64,000 nt of DNA, taken from the NCBI GenBank assembly GCA_018001935.1, contig JAGNHB010000003.1:120975-184974 (forward strand), read 5' to 3'. The DNA is from Acidobacteriota bacterium. GTDB lineage: Bacteria; Acidobacteriota; JAAYUB01. The notes under the pieces are model-generated. The model saw nothing but the letters and a program-made list of their open reading frames with translations, searched no databases and had not been told where the DNA came from. A program made the translations under genes and the position numbers. Positions within the stretch are counted from its first letter, which is position 1. Every line of letters begins with the position of its first letter. Positions 27,633 to 37,222 of the stretch are shown in pieces.

Positions 27633-28643
27633 TTATCGCGAAGGCGGCGGGAGCCAGCCGTGTTCGCGGTACCAGGCCACGGTCCGCCGGACGGCCTCGG
27701 CGGGGGGGCAGGCGGGTTCGAAGCCGAAATCGGCCCGGGCGGCGCGGGGGGAGCAGACCCAGTACGGTTGCACCCCCTCCCGGTACTTGTCGAGGTTCAG
27801 GATGGTGGGCCGGCGGGACAGCCGGGCCCACCCTTCCGCAAAGACGGCCGCCGCCGCGAGAAGGGCGTGGGGCACGCGCCGGGCCCGCCGCTTCACCCCG
27901 AGGGCGTCCGCGACGAGGGCGCCGAACTCGGACCACCGCAGGGGCTCGGGGTAACACAGGTAGTACGCCTTGCCGGCTGCGGCGGGGCAGAGGGCGGCGT
28001 CCACCATCCCCCGGGCCAGGTCGGGGGCGAAGACGAGGGACACCCACTTGTCGTCGTGGCCGAGGATGGGGATGAAGGAGCGCCACACGGTCCGCATGAA
28101 GAGGAAGACGTCGGTGTCGGCGGGGCCGAAGACCACGGGGGGGCGGACCACCGTCACGGGGGCCGAGTCCCGGAGGATCTGCATCTCCAGTTCCCCGGCC
28201 AGTTTCGAACACCCGTACCGGGACAGGGGGGCGGGCGGGTCGAAGTCCTCGGGCGGCTCGGCGGTCGGCGAAGGCCCCATGGCGGCCAGGCTGCTCACGT
28301 GCAGCACCCGCTCCACCCGCAGGTCGTTGAGCTGGATCGTTTCCCGGAGGGCCCGGCAGGCTTCCTGGTTCCCGGCCCGGAAGTCGGCGCCGCGGACCGC
28401 CTTGGTGACACCGGCCAGGTGGAAGACCAGGGAAACGTCCCGGAGGCCCTGGAAGAGGGCGCGGCGGTCCAGGGCGTCGCCGGGAACGGCCTCCACGGCC
28501 TCCAGTCCGCCGAAAAGCCCGTCGAATTTGCGCGGGTCCCGGGCGAGCACCCGGACGTGGTACCCCCGCTGCCGAAGCTCCCCCACGACGAGCCGGCCGA
28601 TGAAGCCGGTCCCGCCGGTGACGAAGGCGGTGGGACCGCTCAT
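27633..28643 (-). CDS. NAD-dependent epimerase/dehydratase-family (extended SDR) reductase
   Basis: Real frame starts ATG 28643 (MSGPTAFVTGGTGFIGRLVVGELRQRGYHVRVLARD = GxxGxxG Rossmann), catalytic YGCSKLAGE (YxxxK). The ORF track only shows it fused into an out-of-frame 770-aa ORF. Start overlaps the upstream stop as ATGA. Confidence 0.8.
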   Translation of the reverse strand: MSGPTAFVTGGTGFIGRLVVGELRQRGYHVRVLARDPRKFDGLFGGLEAVEAVPGDALDRRALFQGLRDVSLVFHLAGVTKAVRGADFRAGNQEACRALRETIQLNDLRVERVLHVSSLAAMGPSPTAEPPEDFDPPAPLSRYGCSKLAGELEMQILRDSAPVTVVRPPVVFGPADTDVFLFMRTVWRSFIPILGHDDKWVSLVFAPDLARGMVDAALCPAAAGKAYYLCYPEPLRWSEFGALVADALGVKRRARRVPHALLAAAAVFAEGWARLSRRPTILNLDKYREGVQPYWVCSPRAARADFGFEPACPPAEAVRRTVAWYREHGWLPPPSR

Positions 28644-29857
28644 CCGAGGAGGTGGAAGTGCCGCCCGATCTCCGTCATGGTTTCCACGAGCCGGTCGATG
28701 TGGGCGTTCTCGTGGATGGCCATGCAGCTGATGCGGATCATGCACTTCTCCGCCGCGGGTTTGAAGATGGGGTTGGTGTAGATCCCCGCGTCGAGCAGCG
28801 CCTTGAAGAACTGGCAGAGGACCAGTTCGTCGTTGATGATGACGGGGATGACGGGGGTGATGCCGTCGTAGACCTCGAAACCCGCCGCTTTCAGGCCCGC
28901 GCGGGCCCGCGCCGCGATCTTCAGCAGGTGCGCCCGGCGCTCCGGTTCCGTCCGGATGATCTCCAGGGAAGCCCTGGCGGCGGCCACCGAGGGCGCCGGC
29001 ATGCTGGCCGAGTAAATGAAAGGGGGGGAGTGGTGCTTGAGGTAGGTGATGACCGCTCTCTCGGCGGCGATGAACCCTCCGGTGGACGCGAAGGACTTGC
29101 TGAAGGTGGCCATGTAGACGTCCACCTCGCCCTGGGCGCCCAGGTGTTCGGCCGCCCCGATGCCCCGGGGCCCCAGGACGCCGACCCCGTGCGCCTCGTC
29201 CACGTAGAGCCGCGCGCCGTGGCGCCGGCAGAGGTCCGCCAGGGCGGGCACGGGCGCCAGGTCCCCCTCCATGCTGAACACGCCGTCCACCACCACCAGC
29301 TTCCCCTTGCAGGGGTCCAGGGCGGAGAGGATGGACTCCAGGTCCTCGACGTCGTTGTGCTTGAAGCGCTTGTAGCTCTTGCTGTGCGCCGCCATGGTGC
29401 CGTAGACGATGCTGGCGTGCACGCTCTTGTCCAGGAGGGCGTACTCGTCGCGACCCACCAGGGTGGAGAGGCAGCCGTTGGTCATGAAGCCGGTGCTGTA
29501 GAGCAGTGCCGCTTCCTTGCCGGTGAAGTCCGCCAGCTCCTCCTCCAGCTCCAGGTGGATGTTCAGGGTCCCGTTGAGCATGCGGGAACCGCTGCAGCCG
29601 GACCCGTAACGGTCGATGGCCGCTTTGGCCGCCTCCTTGACCCTGGGGTGGGTGGTGAGCCCCAGGTAGTTGTTGGAGCCGAACATCAGGACGTCGCGGC
29701 CGCGGAGCTTCACCACCGGACTGTTGTCCCCCTCCACAGCTTCGAAGGGCGTGAAGTAGGGGTACAGGCCCATGGCCTGGAACTCGTCCGGCCGGGTGTA
29801 CTCGAAGCACCGCTTGAAAATGTCCCGCGATGCCGTGTCCTCGTCCATCTTGAACAT
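28640..29857 (-). CDS. Alpha-oxoamine synthase family PLP enzyme, serine palmitoyltransferase-like (Kbl/BioF/Spt family)
   Basis: In ORF 28640..29980; likely start ATG 29857 (MFKMDED..., GGAG SD). DVLMFGSNNYLGLT, GSGCSGSRMLNGTL, FKHNDVEDLESIL, KLVVVDGVFSMEGDLAP, FSKSFASTGG (PLP-Lys) closely parallel Sphingomonas Spt motifs as I recall them (DVIMLGSNNYLGMT / GSRMLNGTF / FRHNSVEDL / LVVLEGVYSMLGDIAP). Confidence 0.75.
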   Translation of the reverse strand: MFKMDEDTASRDIFKRCFEYTRPDEFQAMGLYPYFTPFEAVEGDNSPVVKLRGRDVLMFGSNNYLGLTTHPRVKEAAKAAIDRYGSGCSGSRMLNGTLNIHLELEEELADFTGKEAALLYSTGFMTNGCLSTLVGRDEYALLDKSVHASIVYGTMAAHSKSYKRFKHNDVEDLESILSALDPCKGKLVVVDGVFSMEGDLAPVPALADLCRRHGARLYVDEAHGVGVLGPRGIGAAEHLGAQGEVDVYMATFSKSFASTGGFIAAERAVITYLKHHSPPFIYSASMPAPSVAAARASLEIIRTEPERRAHLLKIAARARAGLKAAGFEVYDGITPVIPVIINDELVLCQFFKALLDAGIYTNPIFKPAAEKCMIRISCMAIHENAHIDRLVETMTEIGRHFHLLG

Positions 29858-30022
29858 CCGATTCTCCAGGTTCGTCACAGGATGGGGAAACCCTTCGGCC
29901 GGGCCGGGGCGAGCCCCCGCCGGACCTGACCGTTCCCGAAAACAACCGGGTATTTTACCAGCGTTTCGAGGGGCTGGCAACCGAAACTTGATCGACGTCC
30001 GCCCAGCAGGGGCGGTGGAGGC

Positions 30023-30574
30023 TCAATCACCCCGCCGGCCGAAGAGGCCCTTGAGCCAGTGCACCAGGGACCCCCCCTCGTGGGTGGGCGGCTCCGGAAC
30101 GGGCGCGCTCCCGCCCGGGCCGGTCTCCTTCCAGAAGGTCAGTTCGCCTGGGGTGAGGCCCGCCACCCTGTTGACGAGGGGGAAGAGCTTGTCGGTGACG
30201 TAGGCCTCGGTGTAGTAGTCCAGGTGGACGGCCAGGTCGATCTGCTTGATCACCCCCGTGGGCGAAAGCACCATCAGGGGCATGGGCACCGCCACCTTCA
30301 GGCCGGGGAGGCGGTCCACCAGGCTTTCCCAGGGCGCGTGGATGAAGTGGTCGTCCACCTCGCGCTGGGCGTTCTTGTCCGGCAGGTCCAGGATGAAGAG
30401 GATCGTCAGGCCCTCCAGGCGCATCCCCCGCCGCTCCTGGGCGGAGATCTTGCAGAGGCCCGTGATGTCCCGGCCGCCCGGCAGAAGGAAGTGGAAATCG
30501 TAGTAGGCCAGGAGGTCCTCCTCGTTGATGAGGGTCTTGATCTGTCCCACCAGGTCGATGCTTTTCTGCGACAT
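30023..30574 (-). CDS. Hypothetical protein
   Basis: 183-aa ORF with plausible coding composition between conserved genes; no confident family assignment from sequence alone. Confidence 0.4.
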   Translation of the reverse strand: MSQKSIDLVGQIKTLINEEDLLAYYDFHFLLPGGRDITGLCKISAQERRGMRLEGLTILFILDLPDKNAQREVDDHFIHAPWESLVDRLPGLKVAVPMPLMVLSPTGVIKQIDLAVHLDYYTEAYVTDKLFPLVNRVAGLTPGELTFWKETGPGGSAPVPEPPTHEGGSLVHWLKGLFGRRGD

Positions 30575-30587
30575 GTCCTGTCTCCCT

Positions 30588-32024
30588 TCAGCGTGAAGAT
30601 AACTTCCGGGCGAGGATGCCCCGCCACTTTTCGTTGAGAGCCCGAATCCGCTCCTCGGGGAGCGTCAGGAGCCGGTGGTCGCGCATGAGCCACTTTCCCC
30701 CCGCCATGACCGACTCCACTGCCTCGCCGTGGGCCACGTACACCAGGTGCGAGAACACGTTGTAGACGGGCGCATACTCCGGGCGGCTCAGGTCCACGAC
30801 GATCAGGTCCGCCTTTTTCCCGGCCTCGAGGGAGCCGATCCGGTCCGCGGCGCCGATGGCCTCGGCCCCGCCCAGGGTGGCCATGCGCACCACCTCGAAG
30901 GCCTTGAGCACGGTGGCGTCGTTCCGTTCGGCCTTGTGCATCTTGGCCGCCAGGTCCATGGCGTGGAAGAGGTCCTGGCGGTTGTTGCTGACGGAGCTGT
31001 CGGTGCCGAGGGACACGCGGATCCTGTGCTCCAGCATGGCGGGGACCCGGGCGATCCCGGAGGCCAGCTTGAGGTTGCTGTCGGGGTTGTGGGCCACGGC
31101 GGTGTTGGTGCGGGCCAGGATGTCCAGGTCCTTGTCGGACAGCTTGACGCAGTGGGCCGCCAGGACGGTGGGCCCCAGGACCCCCAGCTCCTCGGCGGCC
31201 TTCACCGGCGACTTGTCGTACTTCTCCCTGACGGTCTTGACCTCCCCCTCGCTCTCCGAAAGGTGCATCGTCATGAGGACGCCGTACTTGTCCGCCAGCG
31301 CCTTCGCGGCCTGGACGTGCTTGCCCGAGCAGGTGTAGAGGGAGTGGGGGGCCGGGATCACCCTCACCATGGGGTCGTCCTTCCACTTGGCCAGGCAGCG
31401 CTCGGTGTAGGCCAGGGCCTCCTCGGGGGTCTTGTGGTCGGGGGCCGGGAAGTCCAGGATGGTCTCGCCGAGCCAGCCGCGCAGGCCCGCTTCCTTGACG
31501 GCCCGGGCCACGTCGTCCTCGAAGTAGTACATGTCCACCACCGTGGTCACCCCGCGCCGGATGTTCTCGGCGCAGGCCGTGAGGGTGGCCTCGTAGACGT
31601 ACTCGGGGTTCACCACCGCCGCTTCCAGGGGGAAGATGTACTTCTGGAGCCAGTCCATCAACTCCAGGTCGTCGCCCATGCCCCGCATGGGGTTCATGGC
31701 GAGGTGGGTGTGGGCGTTGACCAGGCCCGGCAGGACCCAGCGCTCCCCGAGGCGGACCGGGCGGTTCCGCGGGTACCGCCGGAGGACCTCGGCCGCGGGG
31801 CCGACCTCGATGAGGGTGTCGCCCTTCACCACCACGGCGCCGGGCTCGAAGATCCGGCACTGGCCGTCCAGGGTTACCACGTGGGCGGCGGTTAGGACCG
31901 TCACCGCGGGCCGTGCGGCGGGGCGCGGCTTCGCGGCGGGCGCGGCCTCCTGCGCCGCCAGCGGCGCGAGGGCAAGGAAAAGGATGGAAAGCGCCAGTAT
32001 CCACCGCACTCGTATGAACTTCAT
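30588..32024 (-). CDS. Secreted metal-dependent amidohydrolase (TRZ/ATZ - guanine/MTA deaminase-like family)
   Basis: 478 aa; signal peptide MKFIRVRWILALSILFLALAPLAAQ; LPGLVNAHTHLAM (HxH metal motif), ...TMHLSESE..., ...VAHNPDSN..., GTDSSVSNN characteristic of amidohydrolase_1. Confidence 0.8.
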   Translation of the reverse strand: MKFIRVRWILALSILFLALAPLAAQEAAPAAKPRPAARPAVTVLTAAHVVTLDGQCRIFEPGAVVVKGDTLIEVGPAAEVLRRYPRNRPVRLGERWVLPGLVNAHTHLAMNPMRGMGDDLELMDWLQKYIFPLEAAVVNPEYVYEATLTACAENIRRGVTTVVDMYYFEDDVARAVKEAGLRGWLGETILDFPAPDHKTPEEALAYTERCLAKWKDDPMVRVIPAPHSLYTCSGKHVQAAKALADKYGVLMTMHLSESEGEVKTVREKYDKSPVKAAEELGVLGPTVLAAHCVKLSDKDLDILARTNTAVAHNPDSNLKLASGIARVPAMLEHRIRVSLGTDSSVSNNRQDLFHAMDLAAKMHKAERNDATVLKAFEVVRMATLGGAEAIGAADRIGSLEAGKKADLIVVDLSRPEYAPVYNVFSHLVYVAHGEAVESVMAGGKWLMRDHRLLTLPEERIRALNEKWRGILARKLSSR

Positions 32025-32185
32025 GAATGACCTCCGTGTGCCTCGAAAGGAAGCGCAGACGTGCGGCCTATTTCACCACAAAGCCGCCGGGCCGCCAAGC
32101 ACTTTTGACGCGCTGCCCCCGAAGTGGCGGCGGCTTCAGCCCAATGTCCCTGACATTTGATACCCTCGCAAAAAGCCCTTTTCTC

Positions 32186-32277
32186 TCACAGAGGCACGGA
32201 GGCACAGAGAAATGCAAATCGTATTTAATAGAATCAACAATCCTTATGATTCTTCTCCGTGCCTCTGTGAGATCACA
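32186..32277. repeat. 16-bp perfect inverted repeat (TCACAGAGGCACGGAG / CTCCGTGCCTCTGTGA) enclosing a ~60-bp AT-rich loop
   Basis: Sits between the PPIase stop (32304) and amidohydrolase start (32024) on the minus strand; the only strongly AT-rich (about 30% GC) segment of its size in the window. Confidence 0.6.
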
Positions 32278-32303
32278 ACCAGGACTTTTTACGAGGTCAT
32301 CAA

Positions 32304-33416
32304 TTATTTGCCGTCTTCGGGGACTTTCTTCAGCTTGATGGACTTGATCTCGACGCGGGTTTTGGGCTCGGAGCCTTCGCACGCCACGGCGGCGATCTTC
32401 TCCACTGTCTCCATGCCGGACACCACCCTGCCGAAGGCGGTGTACTGGCCGTCCAGGTGCGGCTGAGGGCCCAGGCAGACGAAGAAGGAGGTCAGGGCGC
32501 TGTCGGGGTCCGGCGTGCGGGCCATGGAGACGATCCCCTTTTCGTGAACGGTGTCGTTGAACTCCCGCTTGAGCGGGTGGACCCAGCTCTCGGCGATCTC
32601 GTCGGGCGGGGTGGAGCGCCGGGGCAGCAGCCCGCCCTGGACGCAGAAGCCCGGCACGACCCGGTGGAAGTCGCACCCGTCGTAAAGCCCCGCCTTCATG
32701 TAGCTGAGGAGGGCCCGCACGTGCTCGGGGGCCTTGTCGGGCCAGAACGCGATCTCGAAATCGCCCAGGGAGGTCTCCACCACGGCGTGCCAGGACTTCA
32801 TCTCCTCCACGGCGGCTTTCGCGAAGGCCGGCCGGCTGACGGGCCGGACCTCGATCTTCCGAAGGACGATCCGCTCCGTGGCCCGCTTGCGCTCGTCCAC
32901 CGGGGCGGCGCCGATCCGGTCCGCGACGCGCATCCCCGCCGCCACCTGGCCGAAGACGGTGTACTTGCCGTCCATCTGGGGCTGGGGGCCCAGGCAGATG
33001 AAGAACTGGCTGCCGCCGGTGTCGGGCTGGTCGGGTAGGGTCATGGCCACCACCGACCCGCGGATGCACCGGAGCGCGCCGATTTCGGCCTTGAGGTCCC
33101 CGAAGCCCCCTTCCCCGTAGGTCTCGGCCTTCGCCGGGTCCTTGGTGTTCGGGTCGCCGCCCATGATGACCCCGTTCTTGTAGAGCCGGAAGAAGGTGGT
33201 GCCGTCGTAGGAGCCCTCCCGGGCCAGCTTCAGGAAGTGGGCCGCGTGCGCCGGCGCCTCCGCGGCGTGAAAGCGCACGACGAGGTCGCCGTAGTCCGTC
33301 TTGAGGACCGCTTCCACGCCGGCAGGGTCGTCGGGCGCCGTCTCCCCGGCCGCCGCCGGGGCCGACAGACCGGCACACAGAAGAACAATGCCAACAAACA
33401 GCCGCTTGGTCTTCAT
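32304..33416 (-). CDS. Secreted tandem cyclophilin-type peptidyl-prolyl cis-trans isomerase (two PPIase domains)
   Basis: 370 aa; signal/lipobox MKTKRLFVGIVLLCAG; two copies of the cyclophilin core (...GYYDGTTFHR..., ...FFICL...P.LDGKYTVFGQV... / ...LYDGCDFHRVVPGFCVQGG..., ...FFVCLGPQPHLDGQYTAFGRV...). Confidence 0.85.
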   Translation of the reverse strand: MKTKRLFVGIVLLCAGLSAPAAAGETAPDDPAGVEAVLKTDYGDLVVRFHAAEAPAHAAHFLKLAREGSYDGTTFFRLYKNGVIMGGDPNTKDPAKAETYGEGGFGDLKAEIGALRCIRGSVVAMTLPDQPDTGGSQFFICLGPQPQMDGKYTVFGQVAAGMRVADRIGAAPVDERKRATERIVLRKIEVRPVSRPAFAKAAVEEMKSWHAVVETSLGDFEIAFWPDKAPEHVRALLSYMKAGLYDGCDFHRVVPGFCVQGGLLPRRSTPPDEIAESWVHPLKREFNDTVHEKGIVSMARTPDPDSALTSFFVCLGPQPHLDGQYTAFGRVVSGMETVEKIAAVACEGSEPKTRVEIKSIKLKKVPEDGK

Positions 33417-33548
33417 GGAAACTCCTCATCCGGGAAAATCGGTCTCCGCGGCGACAGGGGCATGTCCGCGGACAATCTCTTTCTACCACGAAGTGCTCTG
33501 CCGGGAGCATGAAATCATCCGCGGGAGACCGTGCCCGGGACGTCGGCC

Positions 33549-34427
33549 TTATTGCTTTTCCTTGAAATATTTCGCCAGGGGTGAATCCTTGGGGACCCAG
33601 GAACGCGCCTTTTCCCACCACTGCTTCCGTTGCTCCTCATCCCCCATCGCCCCGTAAAGTTGGGAGATGTTCATGGCCAGTTCGGTCCGGACCTCGTCGT
33701 CATTGGTGTCCAGAGCGGTCAGGCAGCGCTGGTACACCTTGACCGCTTCCGCGTGCCGGCCGCTGCACATGTAGGCGTACGCCAGTTCCTTCTGGAGGAG
33801 AAGGTCGTTCTCAACCTGCTTGCCGGCAGCCTGGAGAACGCCGAGGGCCTGGTCGTACCTCTTGGTGGCGTTGTAGGCGAACGCCAACTCAAAGGCCAGC
33901 CCCTTGGCGTCAGGCTTTGCCTTCCAGGCGCTCTCCAGGTATTCCAGGGCCCGGTCGGAGGCCCCCATGTGGTTGTATTGAAAGCCCCAGCGTACCTTGT
34001 GGGTGACCGGGTCGGAACCGTCTTTGTAAATGTCCAGCCAAGAAGGGACTTTCTCCAGGCCAAGGGTTGCGATCGCCTCGTCGGGCAGCAGCGCCACAAC
34101 TCCGTTGTGTTGCGCGTCGAGCCGGAGCTTGAACGATACTTTCTCTTTCTCGAGAGGGCTTTTGACCCGGATAACCCGGCCTTCGGGGCCCAGGGCAAGG
34201 CACCCTTCATAGTTGAAGGTGAAACCCGCCTGGGGATCGATATAGACAAACCCGAAGTGGAAAGTCGATTCCCCCGCGTCGGGTTTCATCACAACCCATC
34301 GGTTTTCGCAATCGGACATCCGGCGGTCGAACTTGAGACCTTCCCCCGCCCGGAGACAGGGCATCAGGCCGGAGAACAGGATGAACACAAGAACCGAACG
34401 CCCGGTTCGAACCACAGTTACACTCAT
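33549..34427 (-). CDS. Secreted TPR-repeat protein
   Basis: In ORF 33549..34436; start ATG 34427 (GGAAGGAGGTGG SD); signal peptide; C-terminal half with TPR-like helical repeats (ALEYLESAWKAKPDAKGLAFELAFAYNATKRYDQALGVLQAA...). Confidence 0.6.
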   Translation of the reverse strand: MSVTVVRTGRSVLVFILFSGLMPCLRAGEGLKFDRRMSDCENRWVVMKPDAGESTFHFGFVYIDPQAGFTFNYEGCLALGPEGRVIRVKSPLEKEKVSFKLRLDAQHNGVVALLPDEAIATLGLEKVPSWLDIYKDGSDPVTHKVRWGFQYNHMGASDRALEYLESAWKAKPDAKGLAFELAFAYNATKRYDQALGVLQAAGKQVENDLLLQKELAYAYMCSGRHAEAVKVYQRCLTALDTNDDEVRTELAMNISQLYGAMGDEEQRKQWWEKARSWVPKDSPLAKYFKEKQ

Positions 34428-34469
34428 GTCGGCCACCTCCTTCCTTCTTGCATTACAACGAGATGACGC

Positions 34470-34922
34470 TCACATCCCCTCCTCCGGGCCCTCGCGGCAG
34501 ATCTGGACCAGGGTGTCGTCGTGCTTCCCCCCGGACGTGTCCTGCCAGGGGCTGCGCACCATGACCCGGACGAAGGGGTCGGTCCGGTGCAAAAACCGGG
34601 CGTCCTTGTCGCCGATCCCGTCCGGGGTCAGGCTGGTGTTCGCCTTGAAGAACTCGGTCACTTTGCCCAGGCCGTCCCCGGTGCGGTAGCAGTGGAACTC
34701 CCCGCCGAAGGTCCTGCTGAAGGCCTTTGAAGCCTCGGCGTCGTACGTCGCCCCGGGGTAGACCGCCACGCCGAAGCGATTTTCGCCCGCCGGGGCGGAA
34801 GCCGCGGGCGCGCCCGGCGCCGCTCCCGCCGGTTTCCCCGAAGCCTTCTCCGCCTCCCCGGCGGGACCGGAGCACCCCGCACACAACAGAACCGCAAGCA
34901 CCCACGACATCAAGATTCTCAC
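34470..34922 (-). CDS. Hypothetical lipoprotein
   Basis: In ORF 34470..35207; start GTG 34922 or ATG 34910 after GGAGGAGG; lipobox VLLCAGCSG; the remaining N-terminal 95 aa of the listed ORF are non-genic. Confidence 0.45.
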   Translation of the reverse strand: MRILMSWVLAVLLCAGCSGPAGEAEKASGKPAGAAPGAPAASAPAGENRFGVAVYPGATYDAEASKAFSRTFGGEFHCYRTGDGLGKVTEFFKANTSLTPDGIGDKDARFLHRTDPFVRVMVRSPWQDTSGGKHDDTLVQICREGPEEGM

Positions 34923-35064
34923 GAGACCTCCTCCCGGCCATGGAAGCCGGCCGCACGCCCTTCGGAATTCCCCCCATGATACATCGGAGAGGCCTTCCCG
35001 GGAAAGGTGATTCATGTCTTCCGGCCCCTGTCGCGATGGCCCGGTTTTTCGAAAGCCGGAGGGG

Positions 35065-35105
35065 GATTTTGCTTGACAGGACGGAGGGGATGCCCAATAA
35101 TGTGA
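35065..35105 (+). promoter_or_regulatory. Candidate sigma70 promoter and operator for the tetR gene
   Basis: TTGACA (35065) - 17 nt - AATAAT/TAATGT; followed by imperfect palindrome GTGATTGTTTGTTCAC (GTGA-N8-TCAC) typical of TetR operators. Confidence 0.35.
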
Positions 35106-35134
35106 TTGTTTGTTCACTTTCAGGAAGGCTAAGC

Positions 35135-35770
35135 GTGCGGGCGGAAAAGCGAAAGACGGAGGTCCGGAAGGAACAGATCGCCACGGCGGCGCTGCGGCTC
35201 GTGGCAAGCCAGGGCATGCGCGCCCTGACGCTGGACCGGCTGGCCGGCCTCGTGGGGCTGGTCCCCTCGGCCATCTACCGCCACTTCCGCGGCAAGGACG
35301 ACATCCTCAAGGCCGTCCTGGAACTGGTGGAGGCACGGTTTGCCGCCAACGTCCACGAGGCGAGGAAAGCGTCACCCTCGGTCCTGGAGGCCCTCCGGCG
35401 CCTTCTCCGGAAGCACATGGGGTTGGTGATGGAGTTCCAGGCCATCCCCCGGATCCTGTTCTCGGAGGACGTCTACAGCGGGAACCCCGAGCGGAAGGAC
35501 CAGCTCCACCGCCTGGTGAGCGGTCTGCTCGACGCCCTGCGGGCCATCTTCGAGGAGGGGCAGGCCCGGGGGGAAATCCGCGCCGACCTCCCGGCCGGCA
35601 GCCTGGCGGTGATGTTCCTGGGGCTTTTCCAGCCGTCGATGTTCCTGTGGCACCTGAGCGGCGGCGAATTTGACGTGGTTCGGCAGACCGAGCAGTCGTG
35701 GCGGGTCTTCACCGCCGCCCTGGAACCGCCGGGCGGCGAGGCAGGCAACGACAAAAGACAAATGATCTAA
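35135..35770 (+). CDS. TetR/AcrR-family transcriptional regulator
   Basis: In ORF 34727..35770 frame; GTG 35135 with AGGAAGG SD; HTH EQIATAALRLVASQGMRALTLDRLAGLVGLVPSAIYRHFRGKDDIL; sits immediately upstream of an HlyD-ABC-ABC2 export operon (CecR/YbiH-YbhGFSR-like arrangement). Confidence 0.8.
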   Translation: MRAEKRKTEVRKEQIATAALRLVASQGMRALTLDRLAGLVGLVPSAIYRHFRGKDDILKAVLELVEARFAANVHEARKASPSVLEALRRLLRKHMGLVMEFQAIPRILFSEDVYSGNPERKDQLHRLVSGLLDALRAIFEEGQARGEIRADLPAGSLAVMFLGLFQPSMFLWHLSGGEFDVVRQTEQSWRVFTAALEPPGGEAGNDKRQMI

Positions 35771-35998
35771 AGGACTTAAAAGACCTAAACGACTCAAAGG
35801 ACGTATGGGAATATGGGAGAGGCGAATCTGCGATGAAAGAAGGCGGGAGTTGCGGACATGCCGGCATCCCCGAGGCTGCTATGCCTCGCGCGGGTACGGG
35901 AGCGGTTCTACCCGGCAGAGGTGTCGGTCGTTCCGGCAAGGGGCCTGCCGTCCTTTTGGTCCCTTTGGTCGTTTTGGTCCTTTTGTCCTTTAAACGAT
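35762..35998. repeat. Octamer-armed palindromic element (second locus): inverted (AAAGGACN)n arms around a ~140-bp core
   Basis: Left arm 35762-35800 TAAAGGACTTAAAAGACCTAAACGACTCAAAGGACG; right arm 35940-35998 CGTCCTTTTGGTCCCTTTGGTCGTTTTGGTCCTTTTGTCCTTTAAACG (reverse complement of the same octamer array); lies between tetR stop and hlyD start. Confidence 0.75.
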
Positions 35999-36037
35999 GT
36001 GAGTTTGATTTCACTTCTTGCGCGAGGTGAGGGTAAT

Positions 36038-37205
36038 CATGGCAGTCAAGCCAAGTAAACGACATGTGATCGGGGCCTGGGCAGCTCTCCTGCTGCTCCC
36101 GGCGGCGGGGTGCGGGCTCTTTTCCGACGGGGGCCGCACGGGGGCGATCCGGGTCTCGGGGAACATCGAGATCACCGACGCCGAACTCGGCTTCAAGCTT
36201 GCGGGGCGGGTCCTGGAACGGCCCGTGGACGAGGGCGAACTCGTGAAGGCGGGGCAGTTGATCGCCCGTCTGGAGAGCGCCGACATCGAGCGCGAGGTGG
36301 CGGCCAAGAAGGCCGACGTGGCCCTGGCCGCCGCGGCCCTGGCGGAGCTGGAGGCGGGCTCGCGCCCCGAGGAGATCGCCCAGGCCGCCGCCGCGGCCGC
36401 CCAGGCCCGCTCGGCCGTCGCCGACCTGAGCGCCGGCCCCCGCCCCCAGGAGATCGAGTCCGCCCGCGCCGTCGTGAAAAGCGCGGAAGCGGACGCGGAG
36501 AAGGCGGCCCTCGACTTCAGCCGGATGAAGGACCTTTACGAGAAGAGCAACGTGGTTTCCCGGAACGATTTCGACGTTGCCCGGACGGCGGACGAGATGG
36601 CCCGGGCGAGACTCAAGGACGCGCGGGAGAAGCTGGCGATCGCCGAGGAAGGCTACCGGAAGGACCAGGTGGAGCAGGCCCGGCAGGCCCTCCAGCAGGC
36701 GGAGGCCAACTACACCCTGGTGAAGAAGGGCCCGCGGGTGGAGGAGATCGAGCAGGGCCGCGCACGGCTGCAGCAGGCGAAGGAGGCCCTGGCCCTCTCG
36801 GAGACGAAACTCTCCTACGCCATCCTCTCGAGCCCGATGGCGGGGTTGGTCCTGTCCAAGAATGTCGAACCGGGGGAGTTCGTTTCCGCCGGGACGCCCG
36901 TGGTGACCGTGGGCGACCTCGCCCACCCGTGGGTTCGTGCCTACGTGGAGGAGACCGACCTGGGCCGGGTCAAGCTGGGGCAGTCGGTCCGCGTGACCTG
37001 CGACAGCTACCCGGGGAAAGTCTACGCCGGGAAGGTCGTCTTCATCTCGGGCGAGGCCGAGTTCACGCCCAAGAGCGTCCAGACGAAAAAGGAGCGGGTG
37101 AAGCTGGTCTACCGGATCAAGGTGGACATCGACAACCCCGCCCTGGAGCTCAAGCCCGGCATGCCGGTGGACGCGGAAATCACCACGGACGAGCCGAAAA
37201 AATGA
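36038..37205 (+). CDS. HlyD-family secretion protein (membrane fusion protein of ABC-2 type exporter, YbhG-like), lipoprotein
   Basis: In ORF 36018..37205; ATG 36038; lipobox LPAAGCG; long coiled-coil (EIEREVAAKKADVALAAAALAELEAG...), C-terminal beta-barrel; precedes two ABC ATPase and two ABC-2 permease genes. Confidence 0.8.
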
Positions 37206-37222
37206 AGGACGGATTTTCAACC

